DNA from: Anaerolineae bacterium
GTDB lineage: Bacteria; Chloroflexota; Anaerolineae; B4-G1; DUEL01
Direction of reading: 5' to 3'
NCBI GenBank assembly: GCA_016931695.1
Contig: JAFGEI010000004.1
Location: 1-64,000 of the forward strand
DNA: 64,000 nucleotides
The number at the start of each line of letters is the position of its first letter. Position 1 is the first letter of the stretch. Under the pieces are notes generated by a model. It did not search any database. It worked only from the letters and a program-made list of their open reading frames with translations, and was not told where the DNA came from. Both the position numbers and the translations under genes were made by a program. Below, one piece after another: positions 48,147-60,000 of the stretch.

Positions 48147-49892
48147 ATGGCGCAACGTGATCTCGCCATTCGCATTGGCGGCGAAGCGGGAATGGGGTTG
48201 GAGTCGAGTGGGGCCGGCTTTGCCCGGGCGCTGACCCGCGGCGGGCTCTATGTTTTTGGCCTGCCGGATTATTATTCGCGCATCCGCGGCGGACACAACT
48301 TTTACTCGATCCGGGTCGCCCGGCATCCTCTCTACACGCACGCGGAGCCGGTCCACGTCCTGCTGGCCCTGGACAGGGAGACGATCCGGCGGCACGTGAA
48401 CCACGTCGTGCCTGGCGGCGCGATCATCTATGACGAAAAAGACGGCCTGCCGGAGGGGCCGCGCCGCGCGGACGTCGGTTTCTGTGCCCTTCCCCTTTCC
48501 CAGCTGGCCGAGGAAAAGGGCGGGCGGGAGGTGATGCGCAACACCCTCGCCCTGGGCGTCGTCGCCGGCCTGATCGGTTTCGACCCGCAGTATATGGCCA
48601 GCGTCATCCGCGACAATTTCGCCCGCAAGGGGCAGGCGGTGGTCGACGCGAACCTGCGCGTGGTAGAGGCGGGGGTGCAGGCCGGCTGCTCTTTCGACGG
48701 CGATTTCTCCTTTCGCATGGAAGCTGTGCCAGGCGCCCCGGCACGGGTGATGATGAACGGTACCGAGGCCTTTGCCCTGGGCGCGCTGGCAGGCGGCTGC
48801 CGCTTTGTCGCCGGCTACCCGATGACCCCCGGCTCGCTGGCGCTCCATTGGTTTGCCCGCTACGCTGACCAGTACGGCGTCGCCACCAAGCACGCCGAGG
48901 ACGAGATCGCGGCCATTAACATGGCCATCGGCGCTGGCCTGGTCGGGGCCCGGGCGCTGGTTCCCACCTCCGGCGGCGGCTTTTCCCTGATGGTGGAGGC
49001 TCTCGGCATGGCCGGCATCGCCGAAATTCCCCTCGTCGTCTACGAAGCGCAGCGTCCCGGCCCCGCCACCGGCTTGGCCACCCGCAACGAGCAGGGCGAC
49101 CTCATGTTTGCGCTGTATGCCTCCCAGGGCGAGTTCCCCCGTTTCATCCTCACCCCCGGCACCGTCGAGGACTGCTTCCGGGCCGGATGGCAGTCCTTCA
49201 ACCTGGCGGAAAAACACCAGACTCCAGCGATCATTCTCAGCGACCATTACCTGGCGGTGGCGCAGCGTACCCTCGACGTCGAGTCCATCGATTTCGACGC
49301 CGTGACCATCGAGCGGGGTGAACTGCTCACCGACCAGGACCTGGATGCCATGGAGGAACCGTACCGCCGCTTTCGCGTGACCGCGTCGGGCATCTCCCCG
49401 CGCGCTGTGCCCGGGCACCCCAAGGCCGTCTTTGTCACGACGGCCAACGAGCACACGGAACGCGGTGCCATCACCGAGGAGCCGGCCGACCGCGTCGCCC
49501 AAACCGAAAAGCGGCTGAGAAAGCTGAAGGGTATGCAGCAAGAGATCGAGGGCCCCTTTTGGTATGGTCCGGAAGAGGCGGAGCTGACGTTCGTCTGCTG
49601 GGGCTCTACCTGCGGACCGCTGCGGGAGGCGGTCGACCGCTTGAACGCCGGGCGAGCCGGCCGGGCCAATATGCTCTACTTTACCGCCCTCTGTCCTTTT
49701 CCCACCGCGGCGACGGCGGAGGCCCTGAACCGGACGCGGCGAACCGTTGCCGTCGAGTGCAACGCCACCGGCCAGTTGGAATCGCTGTTGCGCATGCAGA
49801 CTTGTTGGCAGGTGGAGCGGTCGATCCGCCGCTACGATGGGCGACCGTTCACGCCGGAGTATATACTCGGCAAGTTGGAACAGGCATTGTAA
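48147..49892 (+). CDS. korA: 2-oxoacid:ferredoxin oxidoreductase, alpha subunit (KorA/OorA-type)
   Basis: Full-length KorA-like (IRIGGEAGMGLESSG...GYPMTPGS...). Confidence 0.85.
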   Translation: MAQRDLAIRIGGEAGMGLESSGAGFARALTRGGLYVFGLPDYYSRIRGGHNFYSIRVARHPLYTHAEPVHVLLALDRETIRRHVNHVVPGGAIIYDEKDGLPEGPRRADVGFCALPLSQLAEEKGGREVMRNTLALGVVAGLIGFDPQYMASVIRDNFARKGQAVVDANLRVVEAGVQAGCSFDGDFSFRMEAVPGAPARVMMNGTEAFALGALAGGCRFVAGYPMTPGSLALHWFARYADQYGVATKHAEDEIAAINMAIGAGLVGARALVPTSGGGFSLMVEALGMAGIAEIPLVVYEAQRPGPATGLATRNEQGDLMFALYASQGEFPRFILTPGTVEDCFRAGWQSFNLAEKHQTPAIILSDHYLAVAQRTLDVESIDFDAVTIERGELLTDQDLDAMEEPYRRFRVTASGISPRAVPGHPKAVFVTTANEHTERGAITEEPADRVAQTEKRLRKLKGMQQEIEGPFWYGPEEAELTFVCWGSTCGPLREAVDRLNAGRAGRANMLYFTALCPFPTAATAEALNRTRRTVAVECNATGQLESLLRMQTCWQVERSIRRYDGRPFTPEYILGKLEQAL

Positions 49893-49915
49893 CTTGCGCG
49901 CACGAGAGGTGAAAA

Positions 49916-50788
49916 ATGGTCACACGCCGAGATTTTGCAGGGGGAGAAACTCCCACCTGGTGCACGGGCTGTGGTAACTTTGCCATTCTAAACGGCATCA
50001 AGATGGCCCTGGCGGAACAGGAGATTGCCCCCCACGAGATCCTCCTCGTCACCGGGATTGGCTGCGGCAGCAAGCTGCCCCATTATATGCACGTCAACGG
50101 GTTCCACACCCTCCACGGCCGGCCGGTGGCGGTGGCGACGGGGGTGCGCCTGGCCAATCACGGCCTCCGCGTTATGGTCGTCCACGGCGATGGCGATGGC
50201 TACGGCGAGGGATTGAGCCACTTTCTCAACGCTGCCCGGCGCAATCTGAACATCGTCGACCTGGTGCAGGACAACCGGGTCTATGGCCTGACGCGGGGCC
50301 AGTACTCTCCCACCAGTGAGCGGGGAAAACGGACTCCTACCACCCCGGCGGGCGCCATCGAGTGGCCGGTCAATCCGCTGGCGCTGGCCATCACCGCCGG
50401 CGCGACCTTTGTCTCCCGCGGCTATTCGGGCGAACTCGAGCACCTGGTCTGGCTCATCGGCGAGGCGCTGCAGCACCCGGGCTATGCCCTGGTCGACGTT
50501 CTCCAGCCCTGCGTGACCTGGAACCGGAATTACGCCTACGATTTTTACCGGGAGCGGGTGTACAAGCTGGAAGAAGACGCGGCGTACGATCCGCGCGATC
50601 GGACCGCCGCTTGGGAGCGTGCGCACGAATGGGACGAGCGCATCCCGATTGGCATCTTTTATCGCGGCGAGCTCAAGCCGACCTACGAAGAGCAGGTCGC
50701 GGCCCTGGTGAGCAGCTGCCTGGTCGACCGACCGCTCGACCGCGAGTGGATTCTCCACGTCGAGGAGCTGATGCAGACGTTTTTCTAG
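49916..50788 (+). CDS. korB: 2-oxoacid:ferredoxin oxidoreductase, beta subunit (TPP-binding)
   Basis: WCTGCGNF and TPP motif GIGCGS...GDGD. Confidence 0.85.
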   Translation: MVTRRDFAGGETPTWCTGCGNFAILNGIKMALAEQEIAPHEILLVTGIGCGSKLPHYMHVNGFHTLHGRPVAVATGVRLANHGLRVMVVHGDGDGYGEGLSHFLNAARRNLNIVDLVQDNRVYGLTRGQYSPTSERGKRTPTTPAGAIEWPVNPLALAITAGATFVSRGYSGELEHLVWLIGEALQHPGYALVDVLQPCVTWNRNYAYDFYRERVYKLEEDAAYDPRDRTAAWERAHEWDERIPIGIFYRGELKPTYEEQVAALVSSCLVDRPLDREWILHVEELMQTFF

Positions 50789-50981
50789 TTCGTCGCCAGC
50801 ACACTCCCGGGCGGGGGTGCACGAACGATCTGTTTTTGCAATTTGCAGGTGTTGGCAATTGGGTTGTCCTCCGTGCACCGCCTGGGCAGCACGGGTTGAC
50901 AACCAGGCATTCATTCGGTAGAATAGGCCTTGCCCGGTTTCAGCCGGGTAACTTTTTCTAGGAGGTAAAGAAAGAACGACG

Positions 50982-51512
50982 ATGAAGTATCTCTCGATCT
51001 TGGTTCTATTGTTTTCGATGGGCGGGCTGGTGCTGGCCGGCTGTGGCCCATCCCCTGTCACCCCGGATTCGCCGCTGCCGACCCCGGGCGCTGGCACGGA
51101 CCAGCTTCCCGAGTCGCCGCTGCCGACCCCCGTGCCGCCAGTTGCAGAGGACGAGTTCCCCACGCCGTCTTCGCCGGACCTGGCTGTTGTCACTGGCGTC
51201 ATCATGCGCGACGTGTATGGCGAGGCCAGCGATCCGCTCTCCGGTTACACGGTCTATTTGGGCCGCGTGCTCTATTCAGATACCGGGCATCCCGCCCTGG
51301 TCTCGGTTGGGGACAGCTCTCCCCGCGCAGTCGTCGCCGCAAATGGGCGCTTTCTCTTCCTCGACGTCCTCCCCGACATTTATGGGCTTGCCATCGGCAC
51401 TCCCCTGGGCGAGATCCTGTACGAGCCTCCCGAGGGTGGAGATTTTATTTTTACCCTCGAACCGGGCCAGGTTCTCGACCTGGGAGAATTGCACACCGAG
51501 ATTCCGTACTGA
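50982..51512 (+). CDS. Pro-rich secreted lipoprotein, unknown function
   Basis: Lipobox VLAGCGPS, Pro/Thr linker. TTGACA-17-TAGAAT promoter at 50898-50926; AGGAGG SD. Confidence 0.65.
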   Translation: MKYLSILVLLFSMGGLVLAGCGPSPVTPDSPLPTPGAGTDQLPESPLPTPVPPVAEDEFPTPSSPDLAVVTGVIMRDVYGEASDPLSGYTVYLGRVLYSDTGHPALVSVGDSSPRAVVAANGRFLFLDVLPDIYGLAIGTPLGEILYEPPEGGDFIFTLEPGQVLDLGELHTEIPY

Positions 51513-51694
51513 TCCCAGCCAGGCGCCCCTCCTTCTTGTCTCCGGAGGGGGAGGGGGGGGCGCGAATGAAGCGGGGGCAAGGTCTTCCAATGGGCTCTCC
51601 AGCCTGTCCGCGAATCCCCCCGTTACTCTTTGACACGCTGCGCGCGCCGTGGTACACTACCTTGTCGTAACTCCATACTGCACGGAGGTGTCCA

Positions 51695-53346
<1,652 letters not shown>

Positions 53347-53347
<1 letters not shown>

Positions 53348-53910
53348 TGGACGAGCACAAGCCAATACCCGCCAACAGTCCGGCCTTTGAGTACGTCTAC
53401 GTCGCCAACCAGCGCTGCGATTGCGGGGACTGTTTTGCCGTCGTCAGCCAGGAGCTGTGCAACACCCCCGGCGGTCCCATCGACCGCGTCACGGGCCGCT
53501 GCAAGGGCTGTGGCGCAGAGCGCAGTTTTGATTTCGACATCCATTCCTTTTTCGGCGATTTCGAAAAGTATGACCGCTTTCGCCAGACGGACCAGCACTT
53601 TCGCGCCGCGATGGCGCACGTGCGCGAGCGGCGGCTGGAGGAAGCGGAAACCGCCCTGCGGCAGGTGGTGGACCCGGAGGAGGGCGAGCCGGCCTTTGCC
53701 TGGGGCCATTACCACCTGGCCCAGGTCCTGTTTATGAGCGGCCGCCCTGAAAAAGCGCTCGAGCACCTGCAACGGGCGGCCGCCATCCAGCCGCTGGAAG
53801 CGGACATCTACACCGGGCTGGCACACGCCTGCCGCGCGCTGGGCCGCGCGGCAGAGTACGACGAGTTCCTCTGTCGAGCAGAAACCCTGCGCGAAAAATC
53901 AGGAGGTTGA
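53347..53910 (+). CDS. Hypothetical protein with a Cys-rich zinc-ribbon-like N-terminus and a TPR-like C-terminus
   Basis: CDCGDC...C...CKGCG, then helical repeats. ATGA overlap with the hutU stop. Confidence 0.6.
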
Positions 53911-53911
53911 C

Positions 53912-54724
53912 ATGTTAAAAGCACGTTGGCACGGATACGAGATCGACTCGTCGGAGGCGGCGTACGAGATCGAGGTGCCCCAGCCGGAGCGCTTGGGCAC
54001 CCTGGTGCGGGGCCTGCTAACCTCTGGCTACTTTGTCCGCTCCTATTATTTGCTCTTTGAAGAACCGCTGCGCCGGCTGCGCGATTTCGTTGCCCAGCAG
54101 GGCGACGAATCGGCTGCCAAGGTGTTGGGGCACCTGGAGCAGCAGCTGGCCAAGTGCGACGCGGATGAGGCAAGGGCGAGCCGCATCGGCGTCAAAGCCA
54201 TCGAGGCGATCCTCAACTATGTGGGCGAGCAGGGGCAAAAACTGCAGGCCGCCGAGACCTTTCGCTTCGGCCTGCTGCCGTTCCAGGTAGAGATGTACCA
54301 GGATTACGATATGGAATTCGAACCGGGGGATGAGATAGAGGAAATGGACTATTACTCTGAGGAAGAAATCCCCCTCGACGGCGTCGTGCTCTACCTGGGC
54401 TGCACGCTGGTTCCGGCGAACAAGCTGGGCGCCAAGGAGCAGAGAAGGGTCTATAAACTGATCGAGCAGAGTTTTCGGCAAGTGGGGCTGCTGCAAGAGT
54501 TGCAATCGTGGGATCTTTTTGGCGGGAAAGAGCGGGATTACGTCGCTGAGGCGATTAACCGATCGCATAATCTCACCCTGCGGGTGCGCCTCAATCCGGA
54601 TGCCACTTTTTCCGTCACCGGCCGCTGGATGGACGACGGGCAGTTTATCTTTCCCTACTATGATTATCTGCTCCGGCAGGCGGCGAAAGGGTTGGAAATC
54701 GAGCCCGAGTTGTACGTCCTTTGA
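53912..54724 (+). CDS. Hypothetical protein (270 aa, acidic central patch)
   Basis: Translationally coupled to its neighbours. Contains EMYQDYDMEFEPGDEIEEMDYYSEEE. Confidence 0.6.
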   Translation: MLKARWHGYEIDSSEAAYEIEVPQPERLGTLVRGLLTSGYFVRSYYLLFEEPLRRLRDFVAQQGDESAAKVLGHLEQQLAKCDADEARASRIGVKAIEAILNYVGEQGQKLQAAETFRFGLLPFQVEMYQDYDMEFEPGDEIEEMDYYSEEEIPLDGVVLYLGCTLVPANKLGAKEQRRVYKLIEQSFRQVGLLQELQSWDLFGGKERDYVAEAINRSHNLTLRVRLNPDATFSVTGRWMDDGQFIFPYYDYLLRQAAKGLEIEPELYVL

Positions 54725-56010
54725 TGTTGGTCCTGTCACCGCACACCGTCATCCGGCCCGAACCGCAAGGGGCGCTGCTCTTTCAGCAAGAAACGGCCGA
54801 AACAGCCCTGATCGACCGCGAGGGATTGGATACGCTGTACGCGCTGCTCAAGGGAGAGCTGCGCGACTATGCGCCCTTTTTCGTCGGCTATCTCTGCGAG
54901 AAGGGCTTTGTGGTGGAAGGAGCGGGCGAGGGGGGACTGGAACGGGTGGCGGCGGTGTGCGACGCCGCCCCGACGACGACCGCGCCGCCCCGCGCCCTGG
55001 CGGCGCCCGAAACGATCCATTTCTCGGTCACCGGCCGCTGCGACCAGGCCTGCGCCGGCTGCTTTTATTCCGCCCGGCCCGGCTCGGCAGTTTCCCCAAC
55101 CGATGCCCCCTTCAAGTTGTTCGAACGCGTCGTCCGGCAGGCGGCCGAGGCACGGGTTTTCCAGCTGGCGCTGGGCGGCGGCGAACCGCTGCTGCACCCG
55201 TGCCTGCTCGAGATGGTGCGCCTGGCGCGGCAGAACCGCATCCTGCCCAACCTGACCACGAACGGCAACCTCTTGGACCGGGATGTGGCGGAGGAGTTGA
55301 AGGAGGCCGGGCTGGGGCAGGTGCAGATATCGCTCAACGGCGCTTCGGAGGCCACCAACCAGGCCACGCGGCCCAATTTCGCGCAATCGATTGCGGCAAT
55401 AGCGGCCTGCCAGGCCGCCGGCTTGCAGTTTGGGATCAACTTTTTGCTCACCCGCTCCAGCTTGCCCGATCTGGAAGCAGTGATCCGGCTGGGACAATCC
55501 AAGGGGGCAGCCACTGTCAACCTGCTGCGTCCCAAGCCGCCCACCACCGACGGCGACTGGCTGGAGCGGGAATCCCCTGCAGCGGCGGATTACCGAGGCG
55601 TGCAGGCAGTGCTGCAGCGGTTCCAGGCGGCAGAGCGCACCCCGGCGCCAGTAACCCGGATCACCATCGACGCCTCGCTGACTTTTCTGCTTAGCGACCG
55701 TTCCCCCCAGGCCCTGTACCGGGCCGGGGTTTGGGGCTGCTCCGCAGCGCGCAAGTTTGTCACCGTGACGCAGGATGGTGACGTGCTCCCCTGCAGCCAC
55801 GTCCGCTGGTCCGACGTTGGGGAGGGCGACGTGATGCGCGCCTGGCGCGAGTCGTCCGTGATGGCCCGCTTCCGCGGGCTGGAGGAAATCGCGCGGGGGA
55901 ACTGCCGCCGCTGCCGTCACCTCCCGCAATGCCGGGGCTGCCCGGCGGTGGTGATGGCCTTTGGGGGTGAGTTTGGGGATGCCGACCCGCACTGTCCCCA
56001 ACACCCGTGA
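54721..56010 (+). CDS. Radical SAM / SPASM-domain maturase with an N-terminal RRE(PqqD)-like extension
   Basis: CxxxCxxC (TGRCDQACAGC) at residue 107, GGGEPLL, and a C-terminal Cys-rich SPASM (CSHV...GNCRRCRHLPQCRGCP). The first 100 aa resemble a PqqD/RRE fold. Confidence 0.75.
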   Translation: MMLVLSPHTVIRPEPQGALLFQQETAETALIDREGLDTLYALLKGELRDYAPFFVGYLCEKGFVVEGAGEGGLERVAAVCDAAPTTTAPPRALAAPETIHFSVTGRCDQACAGCFYSARPGSAVSPTDAPFKLFERVVRQAAEARVFQLALGGGEPLLHPCLLEMVRLARQNRILPNLTTNGNLLDRDVAEELKEAGLGQVQISLNGASEATNQATRPNFAQSIAAIAACQAAGLQFGINFLLTRSSLPDLEAVIRLGQSKGAATVNLLRPKPPTTDGDWLERESPAAADYRGVQAVLQRFQAAERTPAPVTRITIDASLTFLLSDRSPQALYRAGVWGCSAARKFVTVTQDGDVLPCSHVRWSDVGEGDVMRAWRESSVMARFRGLEEIARGNCRRCRHLPQCRGCPAVVMAFGGEFGDADPHCPQHP

Positions 56011-56028
56011 CGGCGCAGCGGGCCGGGG

Positions 56029-56697
56029 TCAGTCAACCTTGCGGATCACCATCACCACTTTTCCCTGCACCTCGACCTGCGCTGGGTTGTCGATGTAGAT
56101 GGGGCTCATCGTCGGGTTGGCCGGCTGGAGCCGCACCCGGTTGCCTTCCCAATAGATGCGCTTGAGGGTGGTCTCTTCTCGATCGGGCAGCCAGATAGCC
56201 GCCATCTGCCCATTTTCTACCCGTTGTGAGTGGTGCATGATGACAATGTCGCCGTCATTGATCAGCGCGTCGATCATCGAATCGCCCTTGACGCGCAGGG
56301 CATAGAGGTCCTTGGGATCGCCGACGATTTCCCGCGTCAGTTCGACGGTCTCTTCGATGCCCATCAAGGAAAAGTCGGAGGCGGGCACCGGGATCGGTTC
56401 GCCGGCGACGATCACGCCCAGCATGGGAATCTTGATCAAGTCATACAGATCGGCCGGGAAAAGCTCCGCCCCGTCCTCGGAAATCCGCAGCCCGCGCGAT
56501 TGGCGCCGGTCCCGCTCGATCAGGCCGTGTTGCTCCAGGCGCTCCAGGTTATAGTTGACGACAGAAGTCGAAGAGATGCCGATCGCCTGGCCGATTTCGC
56601 GGATGGAAGGGGGATAGCCCCGTTCGTCCGCAAACTCGCGAATGTAGTGAAAAATCCCGCGCTGTCGATCTGTCAGCTGCTGCCATTTCTCTTCCAC
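56029..56697 (-). CDS. lexA: LexA repressor
   Basis: N-terminal wHTH and S24 catalytic GDSM...K dyad. Confidence 0.9.
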   Translation of the reverse strand: MEEKWQQLTDRQRGIFHYIREFADERGYPPSIREIGQAIGISSTSVVNYNLERLEQHGLIERDRRQSRGLRISEDGAELFPADLYDLIKIPMLGVIVAGEPIPVPASDFSLMGIEETVELTREIVGDPKDLYALRVKGDSMIDALINDGDIVIMHHSQRVENGQMAAIWLPDREETTLKRIYWEGNRVRLQPANPTMSPIYIDNPAQVEVQGKVVMVIRKVD

Positions 56698-56835
56698 GTT
56701 TACCTCCTGGCCCGGCCCGGCGGACCCCTCAATCGACGTCGTTGCGGCGCTCCACTTGCCTGTAGAACCGCCAGAACAGATCCCTGGGGCAATTGCTGAG
56801 CCGCTACCTGCTCAAAAGCGTCAGACCCCTTATCT

Positions 56836-56863
56836 ATTATACCGAACATTCGTTCTGTGTCAA
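56836..56863 (-). promoter_or_regulatory. lexA promoter (TTGACA-16-TATAAT) with a Cheo-type SOS box CGAACATTCGTTC (56843-56855) in the spacer
   Basis: Reverse complement reads cTTGACAcaGAACgaatGTTCggTATAATag. The GAAC-N4-GTTC palindrome is the Gram-positive LexA operator. Confidence 0.6.
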
Positions 56864-57051
56864 GTGGCGAAAAAGCCGCTTCCCCGGCCGGATGCCGGCC
56901 AGCCTGGCGGCAATTGCAACGTAACTCAAATGTAACGCTCCATTATCCTGGCCCATGGTACACTTGTGAGTACCTAATCTGACTCTGTCGCGCTAACTGC
57001 TCCGACAGTAGGCCAGGTGATTACAGCCAATCAATGGCAGGAGGTTTTGCC

Positions 57052-60000
57052 ATGCCAAAACGGATTTTCCTTCTGTTGGGTACAATTTGCCTTAGCTTGA
57101 CCGCGCTCTGGGGACTGGCGGCACTCCTTTTCCCAGCCGTTCACGCCGACGGACCGCAGGGCTGCATCGAGATCACTGCCGACATCGCTGCGGATACCAC
57201 CTGGGATGCTCCCTGCTATCGGGTCATGACCTCTACGGTCACCGTGCTGCCCAACATCATCCTGACCATTTCCCCCGCCGTCACCGGCACGCGGGTCGAG
57301 TTCGTCGACAACGCCCAACTCCAGGTAATGGGCACCCTGCGGGCCCTGGGCAGCCCGGCCCATCCCATTACTTTTACCTCGGCCAACCCTGGCAGCGGCG
57401 AATGGGTCGGCATCATCCTGGAGGATGATAGCGGCGGGGACCGCATCCAGTATTCGACCGTCGAGTACGCCCGCACCGGGGTCAAGATCAACGACGAGGA
57501 CGACGTACAGGTCCTGAGCAGCACGTTTCGCTACAACGGCGGCAGTGGGAGTCACGAGGGGGCCATCGGCGGCGACACGGACTATTCCCGCATTGCCGGC
57601 AACATTGTCTATTCCTGTACCAACGGCATCGTCCTGAACGAGTCTTTTGACAACGAGATTACGGGCAACACTATCTATGACATCGAGCGGTATGGCGTGG
57701 CCTTTGTCGAGGATCCGACGGTAGGCGGCTCGAACAACCTGGTCGCCGACAACACGATCTATAACTGCACCGCAGGGGCGGTGCGGCTGGAGAACGGCGC
57801 TTTCAACGACCTGCTGGGCAACCGGGTCTATCTCAACCCCGGCGGGGCCCTCTACCTTTCCGACCAGGTCGGTTCGAGCGTGCAGGCCAACCACGTCTAT
57901 AGCAACGGCGGTGGACTCGACTATGCCGCCGCGCTCTACGTCGCTGGCACCAGCGCCATCGACACCGTGGCCCAGAACGTGATCTACGAGGAAACGACTG
58001 GTGCCGAGGCGGTCTGGTTTGAGGAGGGCAGCGCCATGTGGCCCGGATCGCTGATGGCGGTCAATGCCCTTTGCTCGATCGACAGCTACGAGCTGCAGAA
58101 CGACGGGTCGACCATCGAAGCGCCTCACGACTGGTGGAGCAGCAACGACCCGGCGAGCAACATCCTCGGCCCGGTCAATTACACCCCCTGGATCAGCCTC
58201 TCCATCACCGGCGACGCCCGCGGCGTGATCACGGTCACGCTGCGGGACGCGGACGGCCTGACCGTGCCGCCGCCGCCCGACCCGCAGGCGCCTCCGGCGC
58301 CCAACGCCCGCCGGGTCCGCCTGTCGACCAACTGGGGCAGCGTCAGCCCGGCGCTTCTTGAGGTGAACGACGCCGGCATCGGCACGGCGACGCTGATCCC
58401 CGGCGGGGGGACAGCCCCACCGACCATCATCCTCACCGCGACGGGTTTCTGCGGCTATGCCACCTCCGGCGTGGTCCAGCTGCCCAACCTGGCGCTGACC
58501 AAGACGACCGCCGTCAGCCAGGTGGTCGCCGGGGGGACGATTGCCTACCAGATCCATTATCTCAACGACAGCGCCGTCGCCGCCAGCGACGTGCACATCA
58601 CCGACACGCTGCCTGCTGGGACGACCTGGGCTGGCGACACTGCGCCGGCGGCGGGTTGGACCCGCCTGTCGACCGCGCCGCCCATTTGGCAGCGGGCGAC
58701 GCTGGGGCCCGGCGTGAACGGCAGTTTTACTCTCTCCGTCACTGTCGCCCCCACCGCGCCCTGCGGCGCCGAATTGGTCAACTGGGCCGCCATCGGCACG
58801 GATCTGCTGGAGACGAGCCTGGCCGATAACAGCGACAGCGCAGGGCCGGTGACGGTCATCGGCCCCGACGTGACTATCGCCAAGACGACCCCGCTGCTCG
58901 AGGTGGCGGCGGGCGGCCTGCTCACCTACACCATCGCCTACAGCAACCCCGGCCAGGCCGGCGCGGCGGACGTGTTCGTCGGGGACGACCTCCCTGCCTG
59001 GACCAGCTACGTCGCCGACGACAGCGGCCTGCCCTGCCCGGCCTGCATCCCCGGCGGGACGGGGCCGCTGGAGTGGGATGCGGGTTCGCTGAACGCCGGC
59101 GAGGGGCACAGTTTCAAGCTCGTGCTGCGGGTTGACGGCGATCCCGCCGCCTGCGGCGCGGCGCTGACCAACGCTGTCGCCATCAGCACCAGCACCCCCG
59201 AGTGCGACGTCCTGCCCAACAGCGCGGCGGCGACGCCGGTGACGGTCATTGGCGCCGACGTGACCATCGCCAAGACGACTGCGCTGACCGAGGTCGTGGC
59301 GGGCGGCCTGCTCACCTACACCATCACCTACAGCAACGTCGGCCCCGTTGATGCGGCGGGGGTGGTGATCACCGACCTGCCGCCGACCTGCACCACCTAC
59401 GTCACCAGCAGCCCGCCCTGCGCAAGCTGCCCGCCCACCGGCCCGCTGACCTGGGATATTGGGCCGCTGGCGGTCGGCCAGCGGCAGAGCATCGAGCTGG
59501 TGCTGCGGGCCGACGAGGATCCGGCCTGCTACGGCCAGGGGCTGGTCAATACCGCGATCATCAGCACGACCACGGTCGAGTGCGGGACGGCGCCGAATAT
59601 CGCCTATTCCGAGTTGACCACCCTCGTCCGCGGCGGGGTCGACCTGGTGGTGGTCAAGGACGACGACATCGGCCCCATTTCGCTGGGCGGGCCTGCACGG
59701 CGGACAGCGCTGGAGCGCCTGCTCGCCCCTGTCCCGACTGCCCACCGCGATTTCGTCTACGAAGGGGACATTGTCACCTACACCATCGCCGTGGTCAACG
59801 TCGGCACCGTCACCGCAACCCGCGTCGTGCTGACCGAGACCCTGCCCCAGCACACCGACTACCTGGGCGTCGGCTGGAACCTGGTCGCCGGCCGCACTTA
59901 TACCCAGGCGGTGGGCACGCTGGCCCCCGACGAGGGGCGCATCTTTTACTTTGTCGTCCAGGTGCACGACCCGATGACCGAGTGCGTCACCAACCTGGTC

